Position numbers and translations under genes: made by a program. Under the pieces are notes generated by a model. The model saw only the letters and a list, made by a program, of their open reading frames with translations. It was not told the origin of the DNA and did not search any database. From NCBI GenBank assembly GCA_963702205.1, contig OY969724.1, positions 1,536,001-1,600,000 of the forward strand: a stretch of DNA of 64,000 nt. Direction: 5' to 3'. Every line of letters begins with the position of its first letter. Positions within the stretch are counted from its first letter, which is position 1. This stretch comes from an uncultured candidate division Zixibacteria bacterium. Its GTDB lineage: Bacteria > Zixibacteria > MSB-5A5 > GN15 > PGXB01. Positions 58,401 through 64,000 of this stretch are shown here, in pieces.

Positions 58401-58615
58401 AGCTGTCCGAAACAGTTAAATGAAGCCAGAATCTCATCGGTGCCGTGAATTCCCGCCCACTGCGGCCAGACTTCGGCAGTATCCACCAAAAGCCTGACGG
58501 CTGTATTGGGTGAATTGTCGAAACCCGGTTCGGGCTGGGTGGAATTATTTCGTGCCAGAGCCGATCCGCCGACCAATAGCACTAATATAAAGAAAAGCGT
58601 TATCGAAATTCGCAT
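55415..58615 (-). CDS. Large secreted protein with Fn3-like modules and T9SS type A C-terminal sorting domain
   Basis: Signal peptide; 'IEYLFGG.IWVGGI..GDTLVS' N-terminal domain; Fn3-like YYVSAVD..G.ES; C-terminal QNYPNPFN..NILGQKV..SGIYLYR..RKMILLK. Confidence 0.85.
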   Translation of the reverse strand: MRISITLFFILVLLVGGSALARNNSTQPEPGFDNSPNTAVRLLVDTAEVWPQWAGIHGTDEILASFNCFGQLGVGFWPRQVYGPLIGYKPDYPNFITPPVQDIEYLFGGLIWVGGIINGDTLVSTAGDGWEYLNEMFPHGGPNGPEPSVTREFYPADNSFHSLFYDSIPDQYVPVGQPNNPMGLRLALRSHNINSDEFNKTILYDLVVTNTSGNTIEKAYIGIFIDADVGSPALGAQASQDDFVGSIRDQALGYAYDNDGDPDPVSHEYVDGYSATRVIGLKLIGTSFNAVDTNFNWWVSNYTPTYDFGARMKGTEQDPFRDFGTGGTGTPVGDENKYYLLSHKEWDYDLVYAPYIEESDPVWLNTMPTNPGDYHIDLDSRFLLSVGPIDLMPDSSARVLFSTLTAQQFHTDPYNYINNYDNPAAYLTNLDFAGLTQSAQNADLLADSLIRPQFPVLGLREESHGDDSVRIEWDPWVFSDVTGYDIYASPVPFDMFPYPDALPPWLEPTEYNLLTHVDRTYTHLLTDLDPNRYYFVNVINNGGKAIGDPGQTLVVRSGDRYPAPQIESQYIFAAPGQPATVRWTAPDGVDIDHYNVYRIDSTNHATIINHALYDQRKLEGYYNLADSFRIGDKLYYYYAERPWAVTDAAATEIDIDPIDEQYRYYVSAVDSNGLESEFSEAAYAYNKPAKTRDVALVYAASNSHGFVNNDSLLNMYESLLSGYDYEIIKPEEYIYSPDCSNPDRNLCFDWRQFLPFKALIVDNGLTEPLMAYEDDYGWLSRYLESGGTVIYCGDQHHLSSLTYAADRPFPIPVTSSFTGKYFAIDTLYYIWPSYYLDITYPDPIWPADSLSGFIEAVPEVPSFPVVNVDTVKKQYDIPGFVSIFWPYKSAPGIVTYKVNDRGQTLYNYGSLYPQWSLFDNQPVGVKTVGDGFTTYLFGFHLWQMDTDDAQSLINTIMDDVPTAVGDDDNGPSVPNQFVLGQNYPNPFNLATNISYVVPERAHITLDVFNILGQKVRTLVDEDKPVGRYVAGWDSMNDQGETVASGIYLYRLKTDKAVLTRKMILLK

Positions 58616-58787
58616 AAGTATCCCCCACAGTGAAAATAGACATTAGGTTCTCTTTTAATATAATATTGAAATCTGAAAAAACTAACATTATTTACCCTTT
58701 GATATTGGACGATTAAAGCTGTCCAGTTGATTAATGCCATTTAATATAAAGTCTTCTTCCTTCAATCCGATTTTGTGAACCGTAATT

Positions 58788-58804
58788 CATTGCATTTTGC
58801 AATG
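58788..58804. promoter_or_regulatory. Inverted repeat, candidate enhancer (UAS)
   Basis: CATTGCA-TTT-TGCAATG, ~70 bp upstream of a -24/-12 motif. Confidence 0.45.
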
Positions 58805-58874
58805 CCGGGATAACGCCCCTTTTCCACGCATTGCCTCACAATGACTTACGAAGAATAAAAATCCGAGCTCAAAA

Positions 58875-58889
58875 TGGCAAAGAGTTTGC
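58875..58889 (+). promoter_or_regulatory. Putative sigma54 promoter
   Basis: TGGCAAAGAGTTTGC (GG-N10-GC). Confidence 0.6.
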
Positions 58890-58902
58890 CCTGATAGAGG
58901 GC

Positions 58903-59277
58903 ATGAACTGTTATTTTGGTATACATAATAGAGACAATCAGGCCGCCGATGACAAATCGATGCTGGTCTGTTTCTCGATCCCCGAAGCCGGGATCAGCTT
59001 CAAAGCTCCGTTCGCGGGGGAAGAGCTTCATACCGAGTACGCTTCGCTTTTGACGCTTTTGGAATTCATCGAACTCAACCGGAAAATGTTCGAGGGCAAG
59101 GAACTCAATATCTACAGCGACAACCTCGATCTGATCGGTCAGATCAACGATAAAACCTGCAAATACGAATACAGCCAACTGCTCAGCAAGACGCTGGAAT
59201 ACAAAGAGAAATTCACGTTTTCTATCGGCTGGATCCCCAAAGGTCAAAACCCGGCCGTCCGCAACATTTTTGATTGA
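58903..59277 (+). CDS. RNase HI-like fold protein, catalytically degenerate
   Basis: 'EYASLL..LE', 'LNIYSDN..L..QIN' and 'WIPK..N' match RNase HI/RVT_3 motifs; start moved to ATG 58903. Confidence 0.65.
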   Translation: MNCYFGIHNRDNQAADDKSMLVCFSIPEAGISFKAPFAGEELHTEYASLLTLLEFIELNRKMFEGKELNIYSDNLDLIGQINDKTCKYEYSQLLSKTLEYKEKFTFSIGWIPKGQNPAVRNIFD

Positions 59278-59308
59278 CGATTCCCCCCCACGGCCCTAAT
59301 TTGGGGCT

Positions 59309-60313
59309 GTGTCACCATCGGAACTTTTAAAAGAGCTTGAAAGCGGCAAATTCCGTCCGGTTTACTATCTGTACGGAAGCGAGGACTACCGCATCAAAGA
59401 GGCCGAGCGTTCGCTGGTCAGGAAATTTCTGCCCCGGCAGTCCATGAATTTCGGATATAAAAATCTTTCGGCATCCCGGATGGATATAAAAGATATTCTG
59501 ACCGAGCTGTCGGTCATGCCGATGCTGGGCGACAAGCAGGCGTTTACCATAAGCGATATTCAATCCCTGGCGCCGGATAAGATCGAAAAACTCATCAAAA
59601 TGCTCGACCCGCCAGACGCCAACCGCATGGTGATCCTGACGTCGCCCGCGGCCAAAACACCCCGTAAGACGACCAAAACGTTCAAGCTACTGACAGATGA
59701 GACGGCAGCGGTTGAATTCAAGAAATACACCCCGGTGCAGTCGGAGAAAAAAATCAGGTTTATTCTAAGCGAAAACGACATCGAAATCGACCCCGAGGCC
59801 ATAAGGCTTTTGATCGAGCTTTCCGGCGGCGATATGGGCGGCCTGATAGGAGAAGTTAATAAAATCATCGATTATATAGGCAAAGGCGGGCGGGTGACGG
59901 TAGAAGACATCTCCGAGGTTTGCTCTGACTATCAATCGTTCGAAAACTATCTGCTGGGAGAGAAAGTCGCGAGCTTCGATCTTGAAATCGCTCTCGGGAC
60001 GCTTCACAATCTTCTGCGCAAAGGCGACCGGGCGTCGACGCTGATATTCCAGCTGGGAGAGTTTTTTCTCGGAGTATATCTGGTCAAAAACGGCAAACCG
60101 GCGCGAATCGGCAAATCCGACCAGAGCTGGAAATACCGCAAATTCACCAACCTCTTTTCGAACGATCAACTCGAAGAAATAATTCAACTTACGGCTCAAA
60201 CTGATCGGGATTTGAGAACCAACATAAAGCCCGAAAGCATGCTTTTGGAAAAGCTCATCGTAAATATATATTCGCTTTGCAAAGAAAAATCGGCCCAGAG
60301 CCACCGGGTTTAG
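59309..60313 (+). CDS. holA: DNA polymerase III delta subunit
   Basis: PVYYLYGSEDY, MPML, 'LIELSGGDM..L..EVNKI' and 'VT.EDI'. Confidence 0.88.
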   Translation: MSPSELLKELESGKFRPVYYLYGSEDYRIKEAERSLVRKFLPRQSMNFGYKNLSASRMDIKDILTELSVMPMLGDKQAFTISDIQSLAPDKIEKLIKMLDPPDANRMVILTSPAAKTPRKTTKTFKLLTDETAAVEFKKYTPVQSEKKIRFILSENDIEIDPEAIRLLIELSGGDMGGLIGEVNKIIDYIGKGGRVTVEDISEVCSDYQSFENYLLGEKVASFDLEIALGTLHNLLRKGDRASTLIFQLGEFFLGVYLVKNGKPARIGKSDQSWKYRKFTNLFSNDQLEEIIQLTAQTDRDLRTNIKPESMLLEKLIVNIYSLCKEKSAQSHRV

Positions 60314-60344
60314 GGAAGAAAAGACCGGTTCGTCTGTAAAAATT

Positions 60345-60899
60345 ATGGATAAAAGTCCGGAAGATCGTCGGTTGATAGAACAAGCCGCCAGCGGCGATCG
60401 CCGGGCGTTCGGTGAATTGGTGACCCGCTACCAGAGGAGGCTGTTTCGATTCGTGTTTATGCTGCTTAAATCCGCCGATACTGCCAATGACGTCGTCCAG
60501 GACGCTTTCGTAAACGCCTGGCAGGCGATGAATACATTCGAGCCGGACCGGCCGTTTTACCCCTGGCTTTCCACTATCGCCCGCAACCTGGCTTTGAATC
60601 GGCTTAAAAAAGACGCCCGCCAAAAACCGGCGTCGGAGCTCGACGAGGATTTCGAAAACGTCCCGGCCGAAGCGCTCGATCCTCTGGATAAAATGATCGA
60701 AAAGGAAAACGACCGGGTTTTCGCGCGAGCAGTGATGAGTCTTCCCGAGCAGTACCGCGAGGTGTTCGTTCTGAGGATGTTCGAAAAAATGCCCTATGAT
60801 CAAATCGCGAAACAGCTTAATATATCACCGGGGACGGTGGATTCCCGCCTGCACCGGGCGCGGGCGAAACTTATGGAGATGCTCAAAGAGCATTTATGA
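60345..60899 (+). CDS. ECF RNA polymerase sigma factor
   Basis: Motifs GDRRAFGELV, DVVQDAF, WLSTIARN and GTVDSRLHRAR. Confidence 0.94.
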   Translation: MDKSPEDRRLIEQAASGDRRAFGELVTRYQRRLFRFVFMLLKSADTANDVVQDAFVNAWQAMNTFEPDRPFYPWLSTIARNLALNRLKKDARQKPASELDEDFENVPAEALDPLDKMIEKENDRVFARAVMSLPEQYREVFVLRMFEKMPYDQIAKQLNISPGTVDSRLHRARAKLMEMLKEHL

Positions 60900-60907
60900 A
60901 TTGATAT

Positions 60908-62242
60908 ATGCTTGACGATGAAAAAAAACGGTTGATCGAGCGCTATTTCGACAGCGAACTCGATGAGACCAACACGGCCGAAGCTATGGAGCTTATCGAG
61001 CAATACGAAGACGCCCGGCTGTATTATGAAGAGCTGAAAGCGATGGCCGAACAGGCGGATAAGCTCATGCTCGACGGCAGTGATGATTTCTTTAAGGCCC
61101 AGAAAGACTCCATTCTGGACCGGATCGGCGAAGTGGACAACAAAAAAATTATATCCGTCAAAGCCGCCGGAAATCGACGGCTGCTCTACGGCACGCTGGC
61201 GGTGGCGGCGTCGTTGATTCTGGTCGGCGTTGTCACGGTTTATGAAATCAAAAATGTGCCGGATCTTAATAGTACACAAAGCAGAATTATGGCGCCCACT
61301 TATCAGACGATACAGAAGGAAAGAACGGATTCGATTTCAGCCGGTATGCAGGAAGCGGTTGGACAGAATACGAAGGGTGAATCATACGCTGCACCGCAAG
61401 AAGCGGTCCCCCCGGCACCGGCCGTATCGGAAAATGAAGCCGTCCAACCCCAAAAACCGGCTGCAATACCGGAAAGAAGATCAAGGGAACAATTAGCCGA
61501 ATCACAACCCGTTCCGGCAAAGAAACTGGAGCCGATCGGCAGCAATCTTTTGCAGCAGCCGACTCATCACGACGAAATTACGCTTGAACAGGGCATGGCC
61601 GCGCTGGATCGCGGGGCAGCTCAGGAAGCGCCTGATCGCGCCGACGCACAGGACCTGGGATATAAAGAAGGCGTGGGGATAAAGCCGGAGGCGCTGACCG
61701 AAAGCCCGTCTATCGAGAAAAGCAAACAAACGTTGACCGGGGAAAGCACCGATAAATCATTGACTCTTGATATACAAGACGCCGAAGAGCATGAACTTAA
61801 GCCGCCGTCAAGCGACAGAATGGCGGGTATGCCCAGCTTTGAGCCGATGGCTGAAAAAGCCGCCGGTGATATACAGTCCTTTGCTCCCTCGCAGCAGGTC
61901 AAGCCGATCTCGATTGATAATGAGTATATTCCGGATTCGCTGGCGTACTGGTCGCACCGTCTCGACAGTCTTGAAAACGTCCTGGCCGGAGTTCGATCTC
62001 CGCACTATACTATGGCCGCCGCCAAAGCCAATCGGGGAGAGACGTCGAGCCAACCGTCAAATATAGATTCCCTTCGATTTAACTATGCCGAGGCGATTTA
62101 TAAAACCGCGCTTCTTGCTCCCGATTCGGTCAGCGTTGCACCGTACCTTGACAAACTCTCGCGCCTTAAAGATTCGGCCAATGATTCGCTGGCGGAGGCC
62201 ATCTCACGCTATATGTCCCAAATCGAATCGATCAAAAAATAG
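60908..62242 (+). CDS. Putative anti-sigma factor (single TM, long low-complexity extracytoplasmic region)
   Basis: N-terminal 'YFDSELD' anti-sigma-like helix; TM LAVAASLILVGVV; follows the ECF sigma. Confidence 0.72.
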   Translation: MLDDEKKRLIERYFDSELDETNTAEAMELIEQYEDARLYYEELKAMAEQADKLMLDGSDDFFKAQKDSILDRIGEVDNKKIISVKAAGNRRLLYGTLAVAASLILVGVVTVYEIKNVPDLNSTQSRIMAPTYQTIQKERTDSISAGMQEAVGQNTKGESYAAPQEAVPPAPAVSENEAVQPQKPAAIPERRSREQLAESQPVPAKKLEPIGSNLLQQPTHHDEITLEQGMAALDRGAAQEAPDRADAQDLGYKEGVGIKPEALTESPSIEKSKQTLTGESTDKSLTLDIQDAEEHELKPPSSDRMAGMPSFEPMAEKAAGDIQSFAPSQQVKPISIDNEYIPDSLAYWSHRLDSLENVLAGVRSPHYTMAAAKANRGETSSQPSNIDSLRFNYAEAIYKTALLAPDSVSVAPYLDKLSRLKDSANDSLAEAISRYMSQIESIKK

Positions 62243-62307
62243 AATCTTTTTGTCGACGTTTTCGTAATTTCTGATAAACGCCTTTTGAACCTGAACGAGG
62301 AGGCCGC

Positions 62308-62730
62308 ATGGATAAGAAATTATACCGCAGCCGTATTGATAACAAAATCGCCGGGGTATGCGGCGGACTGGGAGAATATTTCAATGTCGATCCGACCTTT
62401 GTCCGAATCGCCATGATTTTATTGGTATTTGCACACGGCATGGGAATAATCGCCTATATCATCTCATGGATAGTAATGCCGCTTCGCCAGGTTCTGGATA
62501 CGCCCGAGCCTCAAAAGCCGAGCTATTCTCACACCAATAAGTACCTGCCCGGTATTCTGCTTATCGCCGTGGGGCTGGTGTTCCTGATGAACAACCTGTG
62601 GTGGTGGTTTGACTTTTGGTACTTATGGCCGATTCTCCTGATTGCGCTTGGCGCATATTTGTTGTTCGGCTCGGTTCGTCGGCATGAAGACACCAATAAA
62701 GAAACGCAGCCGTACGGGGTGGGTCAATGA
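62308..62730 (+). CDS. pspC: PspC domain protein fused to a LiaF/DUF5668-like TM domain
   Basis: LYRS...KIAGVCGGLGEYF.VDPT.VR, then GILLI..G..FL.NN..WP.LLI.LG. Confidence 0.88.
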   Translation: MDKKLYRSRIDNKIAGVCGGLGEYFNVDPTFVRIAMILLVFAHGMGIIAYIISWIVMPLRQVLDTPEPQKPSYSHTNKYLPGILLIAVGLVFLMNNLWWWFDFWYLWPILLIALGAYLLFGSVRRHEDTNKETQPYGVGQ

Positions 62731-63623
62731 GCCCGGCCCGGTTTCGATGGGGACTTCTGTTCGTTGTCGCCGGCGTCCTGATTATACTGCACAATGCCTG
62801 TCGGCTCTATTGGGATTTCTGGTGGGACCTGGCGCAGTGGTGGCCGCTGCTTTTGATTGCCATCGGTCTGGAAAAGCTGTTTTCCGGGCTTAAATTAAAG
62901 CCCCTGGCGTTTCTTCCGCCCATACTCTTGGCCGCGGGAATAATCTATCTGACTGTGAACAATGGTCATTACCTGTCTGATAGCCGGCCATATACATCGA
63001 CGAACTGGGAAGAAAAGCTTGACCCGGAAGTTGAGTCGCTGGATGTATACATCAGCCACGGTAACAACGACCTGAAAGTCAGGAAGACGTCGAACTATCT
63101 GGCCAACGCCGGTTTTGACCGCTCCGCCAGACGGCCGAAAATCGATTTCGAGCGCGACGGTAACATCGGCCGGTTGACGGTTAAAGGCAGCTATCGTTTC
63201 GGCGGGCGGTTTATCAATATCAGTAATTACCGCGACAATGATTGGGATTTCGGCTTCAACGATAAGGTTCCGCTCAAGCTCGAATGTGTCGGCGATGACG
63301 CCAATATTAGGCTGGATCTGTCGGATATTATGCTGCAAAACCTTTCGGTCGACGACGATGATGGTTCGATCGACATTACGGTCGGTAACAAGATGCCCAA
63401 TGTCAATCTAAGTATCGATGGCGATGATTCTCGTCTGTATCTGACCGTGCCGGAGCAAGCCGGGCTGGAAATCAGCGGCGGCGATTATTCCGGATATTTC
63501 GAAGCGCTGGGTCTTAAGGAGGTCGACAATAAGTTCATATCCGACGGTTTCGATACCTTGGCGGTGAAAGTTCATATCGATCTCGAGACCGGCCTCAAAC
63601 ACCTTTCCATACAGCAAAAGTAA
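62727..63623 (+). CDS. LiaF-like membrane protein (DUF5668 N-terminus, beta-solenoid C-terminus)
   Basis: WGLLFVVAG..WWPLLLIAIG followed by a repetitive beta-rich domain. Confidence 0.7.
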   Translation: MSPARFRWGLLFVVAGVLIILHNACRLYWDFWWDLAQWWPLLLIAIGLEKLFSGLKLKPLAFLPPILLAAGIIYLTVNNGHYLSDSRPYTSTNWEEKLDPEVESLDVYISHGNNDLKVRKTSNYLANAGFDRSARRPKIDFERDGNIGRLTVKGSYRFGGRFINISNYRDNDWDFGFNDKVPLKLECVGDDANIRLDLSDIMLQNLSVDDDDGSIDITVGNKMPNVNLSIDGDDSRLYLTVPEQAGLEISGGDYSGYFEALGLKEVDNKFISDGFDTLAVKVHIDLETGLKHLSIQQK

Positions 63624-63676
63624 TTTTTTCCGGATTTTTATTTGATCCTTTGATAGCGACCGCATATAATCAAAAT

Positions 63677-64000
63677 ATGAGGTCGTCTTTTAAATATTCG
63701 CTTCTTATCGTCCTCTCGCTGGAGATGATTTTTATCTCGTGCGCGAAAAACTCCGCCGACAAATCGGACTGGAACAAAGGCTCGGTTCTGCGGGTAGGCA
63801 CCGACGCCACCTATCCGCCTTTTGAGATAATCGACACCGAGTCGGGCCAGCCGGTCGGATTTGATATCGACATCATGAAGGCCATCTGCAAGACCAATGG
63901 GTGGAAGCCGGAATTTGTCGTGACACCGTTCGACGGCATAATTTCCGGATTGAAAAGCGATAAGTACGACTGTGTTATTTCGGCCATGTCGATTACACCG
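63677..64000 (+). CDS. Polar amino-acid ABC transporter substrate-binding lipoprotein (family 3); partial, runs off the window and absent from the ORF track
   Basis: Manual translation: MRSSFKYSLLIVLSLEMIFISC..LRVGTDATYPPFE..GFDIDI..FDGII.GL...KYD...SAMSIT. Confidence 0.92.
   Translation, partial: MRSSFKYSLLIVLSLEMIFISCAKNSADKSDWNKGSVLRVGTDATYPPFEIIDTESGQPVGFDIDIMKAICKTNGWKPEFVVTPFDGIISGLKSDKYDCVISAMSITP

Noticed and set aside
58903..59277. RNase H-like gene as part of a retron or retroelement
   Set aside because: No reverse transcriptase in the window.
1..64000. tRNA, rRNA, CRISPR arrays, integrases, prophage or defence islands
   Set aside because: None recognised by eye; tRNAscan-SE, Rfam and DefenseFinder runs would be needed to exclude them formally.

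Overview
A 64-kb, gene-dense, mostly plus-strand core-genome region of a diderm bacterium. The organism is most likely in the FCB superphylum, probably candidate division Zixibacteria. That is an inference from the T9SS type-A C-terminal domains, a dockerin-tailed secreted protein and the LpxC-FabZ fusion. The window holds a lipid A/Kdo operon (lpxC-fabZ, lpxA, GnnA-like oxidoreductase, lpxB, waaA, lpxK) running into nadB and guaA. Other housekeeping genes are pdxS/pdxT/ispH, an Rrf2 regulator with a divergent ferredoxin, ETF-QO, a PpiD/SurA-type chaperone, mreB, rnr, dgt and holA. There are also two ECF sigma/anti-sigma envelope-stress modules and several large secreted proteins. nadB and dgt each carry a single-base frameshift. 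I found no rRNA, tRNA, CRISPR array, transposase or prophage. The most unexplained items are: (1) a ~230-nt, heavily base-paired intergenic element between the rhomboid gene and mreB that matches no RNA family I recognise; (2) a two-gene regulator module (stand-alone sigma region 4 fused to a CxxC..HxxxH domain, plus a ribbon-helix-helix protein) behind two perfect palindromes, directly upstream of the lipid A operon; (3) REP-like hairpin doublets with c-GNA-g DNA triloops, one nested in a MITE; (4) a degenerate RNase H-fold gene under an apparent sigma54 promoter; (5) a barrel / lamin-tail CTD / barrel trio. All assignments come from motifs recognised by eye; no searches were run.
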